The notes under the pieces were generated by a model, which ran no database searches, had not been told where the DNA came from, and saw only the letters and a list, made by a program, of their open reading frames with translations. The translations under genes and the position numbers were made by a program. Below are positions 22,316-32,551 of a stretch of DNA of 64,000 nt, piece by piece; position 1 is the stretch's first letter, and every line of letters starts with the position of its first letter. Source of the DNA: a virus. Where the stretch lies: IMG/VR virus record IMGVR_UViG_3300025530_000001, positions 1 through 64,000 of that record. One strand, written 5' to 3'.

Positions 22316-24076
22316 ATGCATGTGTCGTCAGCAGTTGTTCTTGATGACAATATTGATGAGATGGAGCGAGAGACCCGCTCCGACCCAATTAAATGGGCAT
22401 ATTGGAAGTTGAAAGACCCGAAAGGACGGCCATGGAAAGCCAGATGGTATCAGCGAAAGTTGATTCGAGATATCATGAATGGCGTAAGGCGTTTGGCCGT
22501 TCGAATGGGGCGACGTGTTGGAAAAACAGAAACGATGGTTGTCTTTTGCTTGTGGTATGCCTTTCATCACAAGAATGCCAGATTGATTATTGCCGCTCCA
22601 TATGAGAACCAGGTCCGATTGATCTTTATGCGATTGAATGAGATGATTTCGGATTGCGATGAGCTGAAAGAGTCTGTCGTGACGAACACGAAGAATCCGT
22701 TTATCATTTCATTCGGCAATGGATCCACGATAATGGGCTTCACTGTTGGAGCCACCCAGGGACAAGCTGGTGCATCCATTCGCGGTCAGCGTGCAGACTG
22801 GATCTTCATGGACGAAATTGACTACATGGATCGTGCCGGGATCGACGCCACGACAGCGATCGCCATGGAAGACCCGAACCGGATTGGGATCTGGTGCTCC
22901 TCAACACCTACCGGAAAGCGGGATTTCTTCTACGAAATTTGTACCAATCCTCATACCGGATATAAATCATATCACTATCCATCCATGGTAAACCCGGATT
23001 GGGATGAGCGCATGGAAGGCGAACTCCGAGCGACCATGACCGAGCAAGCATATATTCATGAGGTCCTGGCTGAATTCGGAGAAGAAACGGTCGGTGTCTT
23101 CAGCAAAGACGCAGTAGAACGAGCAAAGTCACAATTCTTGTACTCATATCGTGAATTAAACACCTGGGAGATCGAGCAGTACAGAAGAGCTGGCATGGCT
23201 GTGGATGACATCGTATATTACGGCCCTTATACTAAGAGTAGACCGGCTCCAAAGGCTATCCGGATAATCGGGGTAGACTGGGACAAATATGGAGCAGCCA
23301 CGCAAATTGTGGTCACAGAGTTTGATGAAGTCCACAAGAAATTCAGGGTTGCAACTCGATCCGAAATTCCAAGAGGACAGTTTACATTGGATAATGCAGT
23401 GCAACGGATTATTGAACTAAATGAGATCTATGATCCGAAATTTATCTATGTGGACCGTGGCTTTGGCGAATATCAGATCGAAATGTTGCACAAATATGGC
23501 CTGGAACATCCGGAATCCGGCCTGCGGCATAAGGTAAAACCGATTCACTTCAGCAATAAGATCGATATTCGGGATCCTGGAACCAACCAGATCGACAAGA
23601 AAGATGTCAAGGATTTCATGATCAATCAGACGGCAATTCTTCTTGATCGTGATCAAATTCTTCTTTCGCCATTTGACGACGAGATCTGGAAGCAAATGAT
23701 GAACTACTCTGTGGTTCGCATTACGCAAAATGGAAAACCTATCTACACCAGCGAAAACGAACATGCTCTGGATGCATTTATGTTGACGATCATGGGCTTC
23801 ACGCTGGAATTCCCGGATATTACGAAGATCCTTGAAGAAGCAAGGATTGCCAGGATCGCCAAGAAAGTAAAGAACACCAACGAGCAGAAGCTTGTTGAAA
23901 AGGTGTTTGGCGGCGATCGTGATGTATATGTGTCGGCCAAGAAGGTAGAGCGTGAGCCAAAGGATAATCCGAATTGGTATTTGCAAAGTGTTCCACTTGG
24001 ATACTCGAAACGCAAGTCCAATCCATGGGGAAGAGGGACAACAAGATCGAGGCCGCCAACCAGATTCAGGATCTAA
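22316..24076 (+). CDS. terL: terminase large subunit
   Basis: Walker A RMGRRVGKTE, Walker B DWIFMDEID, coupling CSSTPTG, and nuclease-domain acidic motifs IGVDWDKYG, YVDRGFGE and HALDAFM. Start uncertain (22310 GTG or 22316 ATG). Confidence 0.85.
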   Translation: MHVSSAVVLDDNIDEMERETRSDPIKWAYWKLKDPKGRPWKARWYQRKLIRDIMNGVRRLAVRMGRRVGKTETMVVFCLWYAFHHKNARLIIAAPYENQVRLIFMRLNEMISDCDELKESVVTNTKNPFIISFGNGSTIMGFTVGATQGQAGASIRGQRADWIFMDEIDYMDRAGIDATTAIAMEDPNRIGIWCSSTPTGKRDFFYEICTNPHTGYKSYHYPSMVNPDWDERMEGELRATMTEQAYIHEVLAEFGEETVGVFSKDAVERAKSQFLYSYRELNTWEIEQYRRAGMAVDDIVYYGPYTKSRPAPKAIRIIGVDWDKYGAATQIVVTEFDEVHKKFRVATRSEIPRGQFTLDNAVQRIIELNEIYDPKFIYVDRGFGEYQIEMLHKYGLEHPESGLRHKVKPIHFSNKIDIRDPGTNQIDKKDVKDFMINQTAILLDRDQILLSPFDDEIWKQMMNYSVVRITQNGKPIYTSENEHALDAFMLTIMGFTLEFPDITKILEEARIARIAKKVKNTNEQKLVEKVFGGDRDVYVSAKKVEREPKDNPNWYLQSVPLGYSKRKSNPWGRGTTRSRPPTRFRI

Positions 24077-24091
24077 GGAGGCGACTGGATA

Positions 24092-24298
24092 ATGAATGAG
24101 CCTTATCAAAGAGTCAGTGAACCACTGCCAAACACACGAAAAATGCTTACTGGGGCTATCGATGGGGCTCTAATAGGTGGATTACTGCTATCGCCAATGG
24201 CTTTGAGATCAGAACAGCCACGGCGAATATTGAGAGCAGGTCTTGTCGGTGGAGCCGCCGTGGCAGGCGCAATGATTGGATTAAAAAGCTATCACTGA
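24092..24298 (+). CDS. glycine-zipper membrane protein, MNEPY paralog 2
   Basis: 68 aa with AAGGAGG RBS. MNEPYQRV...GAIDGALIGGLLL...GLVGGAAVAGAMIG. Confidence 0.65.
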   Translation: MNEPYQRVSEPLPNTRKMLTGAIDGALIGGLLLSPMALRSEQPRRILRAGLVGGAAVAGAMIGLKSYH

Positions 24299-24478
24299 GA
24301 TGAGCAATTAGGAAACATTTCTGGAACGCCTGAAGTAATGCGTTGACCCTCATGCAATTTGCATGGGGTGGAAGGCAAATATCCCCTGTCCCCTTTTCTC
24401 GGCTCTAATCTCTTCCCTGGGGCGTCGGTATAACCGGCGCCTTTACATATAATCTTGAAGCCATCGGGGTGAAATTTT

Positions 24479-25741
24479 ATGGAAGATTTGTACGGTCAAC
24501 ATGGGATCGATACGGAATATGAACGAAAAAAGGTGGCCTATCGCCCCAACATCTATTTTCCGGATAAAGAGCGTTATGCCAGGATTAATCCTTCAATCGT
24601 CATCAAAATTGAGCGTGCCAAGGATTTTACGATTTCTCAATCGATTACGGATTATGATCAGTTGATTAGACGAATTGAAAATCTGATGTCTTACATCAAA
24701 GAAAAGAACACCAGCGAGACATTTAAGGCTTATTTCAAAGCAGCCGACGCCAAGGAATCTAAGGCTATGGAGGAGATTGAGTCACAGCTGAGTAGCTATA
24801 GAGGCTCACCTGATGCAGAGATCTATACGCTACTGACTCGAATGAAAAGCTCCCTTGAAGAACGAGTAATCTTTTTGGATCGCTATTATCGAAGCCAGAT
24901 TACAGACAATACCAATCTTGAAGATCTTCCTGAAATAGAAGCCGCTTCGATTGATGAGTGGGCAATGTTGGAGTCTAAGTTCATTCAGATCGAAGATAAA
25001 ATCAATGAAGTGTATAACAGCTCTTCACATGAAGAAGAGATCAATACCGAAATTGAACGGCAGATACACTTACTGGAGCAAGAACTAGCTGCGATCGAAA
25101 TGGCCAAGCAAACAAAAGAGGCTTTTCATACAACGTTGGCTGATACATCCTATGCGCACCGGAATCGCTATGTCATGTTCTCGTCCATTGTGGATCAGAT
25201 GGAAGAGCTCATCAAGTCGCCACAAAATCTGATAAAGGGGAATCTCAAGGACTTTATCATGCAGCTCTCGACATTGCAAGATACAGCTGCTGCAAAGTCC
25301 CACTTGATTCTTTCTTTCCGCGAACTGAAGCATCAGCATGCAGCTTTAAAAGGTCAATACATGATGATAGACGACAATAAGGAAACGTTTATCAGTAAAC
25401 AACAGTGGATGTATCAGCAGATGGAGGTCAAGACGAATCAGCCCCTGGTCAACTGGCTCTACAATCAAAGTGAAGACAGCATTGACGCTTTCCATTTATT
25501 TGCTGATATATTGGCTACATCCATTCAAAAGACGAGCGAAATATATTTGAACAGCAATGTGGAGTTGCTTCGATTTTATCAACAAGAGGCGGTTTTTTAT
25601 GAAGATCAGATGTCGCTGATTCGAAAAAAAGAGGAAATTCGAAGATTTCTTCGAATCATCGAGGATTTAGAAGAAGTGGGGTTGATCACGGAAGATTGGG
25701 CTGTGGAGTATTTAATGACCAAAGGCTATGCAGTTTCTTGA
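24479..25741 (+). CDS. hypothetical coiled-coil-rich acidic protein
   Basis: 420 aa with GGGGTGA RBS. Lies between TerL and the portal gene. Confidence 0.65.
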   Translation: MEDLYGQHGIDTEYERKKVAYRPNIYFPDKERYARINPSIVIKIERAKDFTISQSITDYDQLIRRIENLMSYIKEKNTSETFKAYFKAADAKESKAMEEIESQLSSYRGSPDAEIYTLLTRMKSSLEERVIFLDRYYRSQITDNTNLEDLPEIEAASIDEWAMLESKFIQIEDKINEVYNSSSHEEEINTEIERQIHLLEQELAAIEMAKQTKEAFHTTLADTSYAHRNRYVMFSSIVDQMEELIKSPQNLIKGNLKDFIMQLSTLQDTAAAKSHLILSFRELKHQHAALKGQYMMIDDNKETFISKQQWMYQQMEVKTNQPLVNWLYNQSEDSIDAFHLFADILATSIQKTSEIYLNSNVELLRFYQQEAVFYEDQMSLIRKKEEIRRFLRIIEDLEEVGLITEDWAVEYLMTKGYAVS

Positions 25742-25745
25742 GGTG

Positions 25746-25759
25746 TGTAATGCAATACA
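25746..25759. promoter_or_regulatory. palindromic motif copy 7 (TGTAATGCAATACA, 13/14)
   Basis: Occupies the -35 region of TATAAT 25769-25774, upstream of the portal gene. Confidence 0.55.
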
Positions 25760-25840
25760 AGCATCATGTATAATTGGTAATGATATAAAATGCAAAAAAT
25801 TAACCTTGCATTCCATTCGGAGCCGGGGAGGTGTGAGTTC

Positions 25841-28087
25841 TTGGCGAAACTATTCTATCAAGTCATGGCACGAATGGGACTCAAGAACGCACCATCGACC
25901 AGCTCGGGGGGTTCAAACAGCAAGGGCTCATCAAGTGGGATTGGATCCTTTACCCGCGATCCAAAGACCACCCAGGTCAGACGGATAGGCTATCAATTAA
26001 GCAGTTCCAGAGGCGGCGGGCGAGATGAATTCGAAGAATCGAAGGTAGACTTAAGCCTGATTGCGACAGCCATTGAAAAAGATTCTTATTTGATGCAAGC
26101 TGTCATGCGTTACAGAGAGCTCATTTTCAAGTCCGGATATGCGTTTGTAGGCAAGAATGAGCAATCGCTGGAGTACATCAGGATGCGGCTTGAAATGATG
26201 GCGATCGCAACACAAACACCGACTGAAGAACTGTTTAAGGGTATCGCCGATGATGTGGTCAGGTATGCTAATTGTTTTCTAGTCAAGGCAAGAGGCAAAT
26301 CCGGGCAGGGTCTAGCACCAGGTGTGGTGGCCAATCCGATGCCGCCGGCCAAATATCCGGTGGTTGGCTATTTTCGGTTGCCGCCGCAAACCATGTCCAT
26401 TCAGAGAGATGCGAACGGTAATATCACAAAGTATAGGCAGGAAGTAGAAGGCGGCGGAGACGCCTTGGAGTTCAGACCGGAAGACATTGTTCACATTACA
26501 GTGAATCGTCCTGTTGGAGAGGCATTCGGTATTCCGTGGATATCGCCTGTCATTGAAGACGTTCGACTCCTCCGGAAGGTAGAGGAAAACGCGGCACTTC
26601 TGTTGTATCGCCACATCTTCCCGCTCCTTGCTTACACCGTAGGTATTGCGGAGCCTGGATATGAATCCACGGATGAAGAAATCGCCAACCTCCAGTCGGT
26701 TATCGAGGATATGCCAACAGATGGCGCCATTGTTCTCCCTGAGCGCCACAAGATCCAAGCAGTCAATATTCAGACAATGGATGTCAGGCCGCTGATGGAT
26801 TACTTTGAGAACCGGGTGTTCACGGGAATGGGTATGTCCCAGGTAGATATGGGACGTGGCGATACTGCAAACAGAAATACCGCAGATGCCATGAGCGGAA
26901 TGAAAGCGGATCGCGTTAAAGGATGGCAACAACAGATTCAAGTGCAGATTGACAAGTTCATGATCGAAGAGATTCTCGTTGAGGGCGGATTCGATCCAAT
27001 GGTGAATCCCGATTTTGATGTCAACTTCATCTTTAACGAGATCGAACAAGAGATGCGGATCAAACAAGAGACGCATGAAATCTACAAATTTGAACACAAT
27101 CTGCAAACCTGGGAAGAAACTCGTAAGGCAATGGGAATGGATCCGGTGGTGGATGAATCCCGATTGTCCTACCAGATGATCGGCGCTTCGAAGACAGGAT
27201 CGTCTGCTGAGACGGATAATAAACAACAGCCGACCAATCAACATGGCACCAGGTCCGGGCCTAAGCGAAGTACGGAATACGTGAATGCGGAGGAATACTT
27301 CATGGATAAGTTTCCGGCAACAGGCTATTTCCGATACAAGGGGCCACTTGTCAAGAAGGCTACACGAAGTCCTGAGCCAGTTCAAGAATCCGTATCTGCC
27401 CGATATCCGAAGGATAAGATCGATGAATTGAGAGCCAGTGTTGATGCCATTTATACAGGCATCGAAGAAGATATATTGGGCGAAATCAGGCGATTGAAAG
27501 AGCGCAAGGCTTTTCCAATTACAGATATCAAATCAACCTTATCCTCGATATATTTCGGCAAAGAGAAGATGCTGCAACAAGTATTAAAAGCATCCAACGA
27601 TGCCATTCTGACCGGAGCTAAAGAAGCAATGAAGGATGCAGGTAGATCCAGACTGGTTGCAGTGAATACGAGCGCTGCGAGGCAGATGATTGCAGACTCT
27701 GCTACCCAGTCGTTTGATTACACCGAAAAGCTAATTTCCGACATACTTTCAGAAAAGCTCGATGGATTGGACAATCCATCAGAGGCAATGCTCCGTGTAA
27801 GAGGCGTTTTCCAGTCTCTAAAGCATCGCAATTCAGTAATTTGCCGATCAATGATTGCCAAAGCATTTAACTATGGTTATGTACTGGCCATGATTCGATA
27901 CGGAGAATCCGAGGTTTATACCGATTATGACGGTGCTTGTCCAACATGCCTGGAAAAATCACAGGAGCCAATCAAACTGAGTCGTCTTTCATCCATGGAT
28001 GAGATGACCATATATGAACATATTCCACCGTGGCATCCGAACTGCGATTGCTCACTGGTACTTGGCAAGGGAGGTGAATCGAAATGA
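25841..28087 (+). CDS. portal protein fused to a Mu F / SPP1 gp7-like minor head protein domain
   Basis: Position next to TerL and upstream of protease and MCP. Start moved to TTG 25841 (GGGGAGGTG 7 nt upstream) because track ATG 25790 lies only 16 nt from the -10. C-terminal ...YTDYDGACPTCLE...IPPWHPNCDCSL is the MuF-family signature. Confidence 0.7.
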   Translation: MAKLFYQVMARMGLKNAPSTSSGGSNSKGSSSGIGSFTRDPKTTQVRRIGYQLSSSRGGGRDEFEESKVDLSLIATAIEKDSYLMQAVMRYRELIFKSGYAFVGKNEQSLEYIRMRLEMMAIATQTPTEELFKGIADDVVRYANCFLVKARGKSGQGLAPGVVANPMPPAKYPVVGYFRLPPQTMSIQRDANGNITKYRQEVEGGGDALEFRPEDIVHITVNRPVGEAFGIPWISPVIEDVRLLRKVEENAALLLYRHIFPLLAYTVGIAEPGYESTDEEIANLQSVIEDMPTDGAIVLPERHKIQAVNIQTMDVRPLMDYFENRVFTGMGMSQVDMGRGDTANRNTADAMSGMKADRVKGWQQQIQVQIDKFMIEEILVEGGFDPMVNPDFDVNFIFNEIEQEMRIKQETHEIYKFEHNLQTWEETRKAMGMDPVVDESRLSYQMIGASKTGSSAETDNKQQPTNQHGTRSGPKRSTEYVNAEEYFMDKFPATGYFRYKGPLVKKATRSPEPVQESVSARYPKDKIDELRASVDAIYTGIEEDILGEIRRLKERKAFPITDIKSTLSSIYFGKEKMLQQVLKASNDAILTGAKEAMKDAGRSRLVAVNTSAARQMIADSATQSFDYTEKLISDILSEKLDGLDNPSEAMLRVRGVFQSLKHRNSVICRSMIAKAFNYGYVLAMIRYGESEVYTDYDGACPTCLEKSQEPIKLSRLSSMDEMTIYEHIPPWHPNCDCSLVLGKGGESK

Positions 28088-29547
28088 GGTACACGCTGCA
28101 AGAGCACAAAGAAAAGCGCCTTTTCCCGAAGGATGGTATTGATGAAAGGCTTGGTATGCCTGCCAAGATCACCCGTGAATCCGCCAAGATCTTGAATGAA
28201 TCCGCACAAGGCAAGAAGCGAAAGCTGATTGTCCAAATGGAAGCAATCCACGTGGGGCGAACCGCCAATTACACCTACTATACCAAAGAGGGGCTACAGG
28301 GAGGATTAGAGAGCTGGACAACTCCTCGGCCAAAGCCTGTGCTTACTCACCACAATCAGTATTCTGGCGAACCGATCGGCCGCATCCTGAAGGCTGAGTT
28401 TCATGATGTAACACCATCCGGAAAACCTGGATTGATGTTTACTGTTGAGATTACGGATCCAGATGCGATTGAAAAGGTAATTGACGGGCGTTACCAAACC
28501 GTATCAATTGGGGCAAGTACGGACAAGGTAACGTGCAATATCTGTGGTACAAACCGCATTGAGGAATGGTGTGATCACTATCCTGGCGAGAAGTACGAGG
28601 ATCAAACTTGCTACTTTATCATTGGCACTACGTATGGCCGTGAAGTTAGCTATGTCAATGTACCGGCTGACGAGTTTGCTGGCAACACATCCGTTACGGT
28701 GGTTGAAGGCGATGAAGGCGAAAGGAAAGAGTCCATTCACATGGATATCTTCCAGATTGCCGAAGGTCTATATCAAAACGCAAGCAACCCCTCGCTGAAC
28801 ATGTACGAGTCTGTAGGGCAGGATATCAAGTCGGCGATTGACAAGATCCTTGCCTTCGAAGAAAGGAGTCTCCCGAATATGGATAATCCGCAGCAAGTAG
28901 CGAATCCGGCGGAGGGCGAAAACCTGGATACCAATTCAGGCGCTGAAGCAACTCCGACTGCAAACCCAACTGAAGGTCAGCCTCCAGCGGAATCAGCCGG
29001 CGATCAGACACTTGAGATCCAGGCTGGCCAGGAGCAACAGCCTGCAGCTGCTAATGCATCTCCATCTGCACAGCCAATTCAAGAAAGTGTTCTTGATCTG
29101 AAGTCTCGTATTACACTTCTTGAAGGCCAAAACCAAGCGCTAATTCAAGAAAATGTCAGGTTGCAAACCGCATTGCAAGCCAAGGAAGGCGAGTACCAAG
29201 CCGCACTTCAAGAAAATGCGACTTTGCAATCCAAGATTCACCGAATGCTCGCCGAGAAGGTCGTAGATCTGAAACGATCGTTGGGCAAACCAGACGTGGT
29301 TGGCATCGACCGTGAAGAAGCCGTTGATGCGCATGTTGGGCGCTCTAAGGAGTCGCTGGAGAATACGCTGAACGATCTGATGGTTGAAATGAAACAATGG
29401 CGGCCTGAGCCGGGAAGTGTCAAGAATCCAGGCATCTCTGTAATTAGCGACACAGTGGAAGGCAATCAAGACAAGAAGCTGACCGTGGCTGACGGAATCA
29501 ATATGCTTTCCGAAATGCTCGGCGGAGCAAAGCGCAAAAAGCGCTAA
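28084..29547 (+). CDS. prohead protease - scaffold fusion candidate
   Basis: 487 aa with GGAGGTG RBS. The N-terminal half is protease-like (HVGRTAN..., RYQTVSIGAS). The C-terminal half has a P/A/Q-rich linker and a heptad coiled coil (LEGQNQALIQENVRLQTALQAKEGEYQAALQEN). Confidence 0.55.
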   Translation: MRYTLQEHKEKRLFPKDGIDERLGMPAKITRESAKILNESAQGKKRKLIVQMEAIHVGRTANYTYYTKEGLQGGLESWTTPRPKPVLTHHNQYSGEPIGRILKAEFHDVTPSGKPGLMFTVEITDPDAIEKVIDGRYQTVSIGASTDKVTCNICGTNRIEEWCDHYPGEKYEDQTCYFIIGTTYGREVSYVNVPADEFAGNTSVTVVEGDEGERKESIHMDIFQIAEGLYQNASNPSLNMYESVGQDIKSAIDKILAFEERSLPNMDNPQQVANPAEGENLDTNSGAEATPTANPTEGQPPAESAGDQTLEIQAGQEQQPAAANASPSAQPIQESVLDLKSRITLLEGQNQALIQENVRLQTALQAKEGEYQAALQENATLQSKIHRMLAEKVVDLKRSLGKPDVVGIDREEAVDAHVGRSKESLENTLNDLMVEMKQWRPEPGSVKNPGISVISDTVEGNQDKKLTVADGINMLSEMLGGAKRKKR

Positions 29548-29572
29548 AAACTAAGCTAAGGAGTGAGTAAAG

Positions 29573-30814
29573 ATGGCATTGTTTCGCGGTTACTCAAACC
29601 CGATCAGGGATCAGAAAGATCAATACTTCCGTTCAAACACCAAGCTGCAAGCTGGTACACACGACAGCCCAGGCGAGAAGTTTTTGGTTGACCCTCGCCT
29701 GAAGAGATTGTTCCGCTATCATTTCGGCGGAGACGGCTGGGTTGTCATTCCGAAGGGGCGTGTCGTTGCTCCGGCGACAGACGATGGTGGCATCTTCAGA
29801 AATGGCATGATCAAGGACTTCGACACCAATCAGTGGACGCCGGTTCTGACTCTGGCAAACGGCGGCAAGGATGTTGCCGAAGTCGGCAAGGATGGCAAGA
29901 GCTACACGCGCAAGGCCAACAAGCCAATCGGCGTGGCATACGGCAATCTCTACGAGCAGTTCGTTGACGGCTTCAACGGTATGCAGCCGACGGTCGAAAA
30001 CGAGATCTACATTGAGCTGCCGTATATTCCAAAGAAAGAAGATGCAGAAGAAATCGAATGGGGATCATTCTACGATGTCGATCCTTCTCGTCCGGCCAAG
30101 CCTGGCGATTATGTCATGTCTGATGAAAACGGCCGTGTCATTGTCGCTGACTTTGACAAGGTTCGCCAGAATATCGCAAACGCAACAACGCTGGACGAAC
30201 TGAAGGAAGCGCTGGCTGAGCTGAGCCGGCTGAGTGAGCAAACCATCGGCCAAATCTGGGCAATTGAAACGCCTATCAAGGATGGGGTTGCGCCTCAAGG
30301 ATGGCTGCAATGGGTTATGTGGAGCCAAGAAGATATGCGTCAAGACGACGCTCGCATCAACAACAGCGGCTTCCGTCCGGAAGACATTGGCGCCCAAGAC
30401 GGCTTCCCAGGATATCCGTATGAGAAGACCTACATGAACATGGATATCGCAACTGGAAAGTATCAGCCAAAGGGTATTCCTGGGCTGACCAACGGCGCCA
30501 ATATCGAGCTGACCTACACAGACGAAGTGATCGGCATGGTACAGCCGGGCCAAAGCGGTCGTCATGACTTCCGCCTGAAGCATCTGCCGGCCGTGGAAGG
30601 ATCTGTTGAAATCAAGGTTGGCGGAACGGTTGTCACTCCGGATTATGTCAATGCAGAGCTCGGCCTTGTGGTCGTAACGGTTGACAACACGAGCGGAACT
30701 TCTCCGGTTGCGGTAACGGCAACATACAAGGCGACCGGCCAACTGCCTGGTATCCCGACTGGTTGGGACTTCAAGGGATCTATCGGTGCAGTTCGCATCC
30801 TGCTTCAAAAATAA
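29573..30814 (+). CDS. head structural protein (decoration / auxiliary capsid candidate)
   Basis: 413 aa with AAGGAG RBS. Lies between the scaffold and MCP genes. No diagnostic motif recognised. Confidence 0.45.
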   Translation: MALFRGYSNPIRDQKDQYFRSNTKLQAGTHDSPGEKFLVDPRLKRLFRYHFGGDGWVVIPKGRVVAPATDDGGIFRNGMIKDFDTNQWTPVLTLANGGKDVAEVGKDGKSYTRKANKPIGVAYGNLYEQFVDGFNGMQPTVENEIYIELPYIPKKEDAEEIEWGSFYDVDPSRPAKPGDYVMSDENGRVIVADFDKVRQNIANATTLDELKEALAELSRLSEQTIGQIWAIETPIKDGVAPQGWLQWVMWSQEDMRQDDARINNSGFRPEDIGAQDGFPGYPYEKTYMNMDIATGKYQPKGIPGLTNGANIELTYTDEVIGMVQPGQSGRHDFRLKHLPAVEGSVEIKVGGTVVTPDYVNAELGLVVVTVDNTSGTSPVAVTATYKATGQLPGIPTGWDFKGSIGAVRILLQK

Positions 30815-30844
30815 TCTCTGACGATCCAAGGGAGGGCAAACAAT

Positions 30845-31930
30845 ATGCTTAATATTAACGAACAGCAACTTTCTGAAAGCTCGCTGAATGTGCTGAAGCG
30901 CATGAAGCGACAACTGGACCTCAATGAAGACTGGACTCAGATTCCGAAGTCTGAGCTGGTGACAGTGAAAGAAGCATTGACAACGCAAGACGCATCCATC
31001 CTGATCCCTCGTGTCGTTACGGGGCTGATGCGTGAAGCCGCTGAGCCGATGTATATCGGTAGCCAGCTGCTGCAAACGGTGCGACTGACCGAAGGTCGTT
31101 CTATCGAGTTCCCTTCGATCGGTGCGATGAGAGCGCATGACATCGGCGAATCGCAATCCTACCTCGAAGAAACGGTGGACTTCCAACTGCACCGTACTCA
31201 AGAGGTGAAGGTTGGTAAGTCCGGTATGGTCGTTCGTGTCACCGACGAAATGATCAACGACTCTCAATGGGATGTTATCGGCATCCTCGTGCGCAAGGCC
31301 GGCGAAGCTATGGCTCGCCTGAAAGAAGAGAAGATCTTCCTGCAATTTTCCAAGCACGGCCACATTGTATTCGACAACGATATCCGCGAGAAGTATCCAG
31401 ATGCGGGTACGCACGGCTATGACGAAAACGGTAATCTCAACAATACGATGAGCACTGAAGACCTCATCGATATGTTCATCGCCGTTATGGCCAATGGCTT
31501 TACGCCTTCCGACATCCTCATGCATCCGCTGACTTGGAGCGTCTTCTTCAAGAACGATCTGATGCAGTCACTGACGCACGCTGCGCTGGGCGGAAGCCAA
31601 GTCACGAATCTGACTATTACGCCAGAACAAGTTTCCGGCCGGATTCCATTTGCGATCAACATCCAATTCACGCCATTTGCTCCGTTCAACTACGAAAGCA
31701 AGAAGTTCGACATGTATGTGGTTGACCGGAACAATGTCGGTATTCTTCTGGTGAAGGATCCGCTGTCCACTGAACAGTTCGACGACCCGATGCGTGATAT
31801 CCAAACCATCAAAGTCAAGGAACGCTACGGTATCGGCATCCTGAACGAAGGCAAGGCTGTAGCGGTCGCTCGCAACCTCGCATTCGAGAAGAGCTACCCG
31901 GCTCCGGAACGCATTCGCATCGTATCGTAA
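30845..31930 (+). CDS. major capsid protein (HK97-fold type)
   Basis: 361 aa with GGGAGGG RBS. Size, position and overall HK97-like sequence character. Followed by a strong hairpin. Confidence 0.7.
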   Translation: MLNINEQQLSESSLNVLKRMKRQLDLNEDWTQIPKSELVTVKEALTTQDASILIPRVVTGLMREAAEPMYIGSQLLQTVRLTEGRSIEFPSIGAMRAHDIGESQSYLEETVDFQLHRTQEVKVGKSGMVVRVTDEMINDSQWDVIGILVRKAGEAMARLKEEKIFLQFSKHGHIVFDNDIREKYPDAGTHGYDENGNLNNTMSTEDLIDMFIAVMANGFTPSDILMHPLTWSVFFKNDLMQSLTHAALGGSQVTNLTITPEQVSGRIPFAINIQFTPFAPFNYESKKFDMYVVDRNNVGILLVKDPLSTEQFDDPMRDIQTIKVKERYGIGILNEGKAVAVARNLAFEKSYPAPERIRIVS

Positions 31931-31967
31931 TCCTCTCCGATAATCAGAATCTGATTCAAATTCAACC

Positions 31968-31993
31968 GGGCGAGCAGCAATAGCAGCTCGCCC
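31968..31993 (+). terminator. hairpin after MCP gene (weak terminator / mRNA stabiliser)
   Basis: GGGCGAGC-agcaatagca-GCTCGCCC. The downstream tract is only moderately T-rich. Confidence 0.4.
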
Positions 31994-32021
31994 TATCTAA
32001 ATAATAGGAGGTATTGGGAAA

Positions 32022-32528
32022 ATGCCTGCAATCAAAGTTGGCCTGGCGCCAAGAAAGACAAGCTATTTCGATCCTCTGACAGTCACCTATTTGACGCTGG
32101 AAAATCCAGTGAAGATCATTGAATATGATGACAATACGGATCTGTCCAAGATCACGCATGCTGTTTTCTGTCAACCTCCGGCTCTTGTGCTGTATGAGGG
32201 ATCAATCCCACAAAAGTTTGTGGACGCCTGGAAAAACAAATACAGCATCGTCGGAAAGGGTGCTCACCAGCGTGCAGACAAAGTGCTTTCCAAGTCGGCA
32301 GAACAGGTAACGTATCCGAACAACCAGCAAAATGACGAAGAAGTGTCTGCCATGAGCTTATCGGCTCCTGATTCGGATGCGGAATCTACAGATGAGCAAG
32401 CTGCAGACGTGCAGACTGCAGACCAAGATGTTGTAGCTGATGTCGAAACTGAAAAAGCGGCAGATACTGACGAAAAGGTTCAAGAACAGGAATCCGATGA
32501 GCCAAAGACCAGAAAGAGTAAGAAATAA
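32022..32528 (+). CDS. hypothetical head-module protein with acidic C-terminal tail
   Basis: 168 aa with AGGAGG RBS. Confidence 0.65.
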   Translation: MPAIKVGLAPRKTSYFDPLTVTYLTLENPVKIIEYDDNTDLSKITHAVFCQPPALVLYEGSIPQKFVDAWKNKYSIVGKGAHQRADKVLSKSAEQVTYPNNQQNDEEVSAMSLSAPDSDAESTDEQAADVQTADQDVVADVETEKAADTDEKVQEQESDEPKTRKSKK

Positions 32529-32551
32529 TAGCTGAAAAGGCAGGGATCGCT

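Noticed and set aside
30065-31525. 486-aa minus-strand ORF across the head genes. Similar antisense ORFs lie at 26312-27385, 44252-45535, 36939-37712, 52299-53051 and 61099-61839.
   Set aside because: All are antisense to long, well-supported structural genes in a unidirectional operon. They lack RBSs and have non-protein-like composition.
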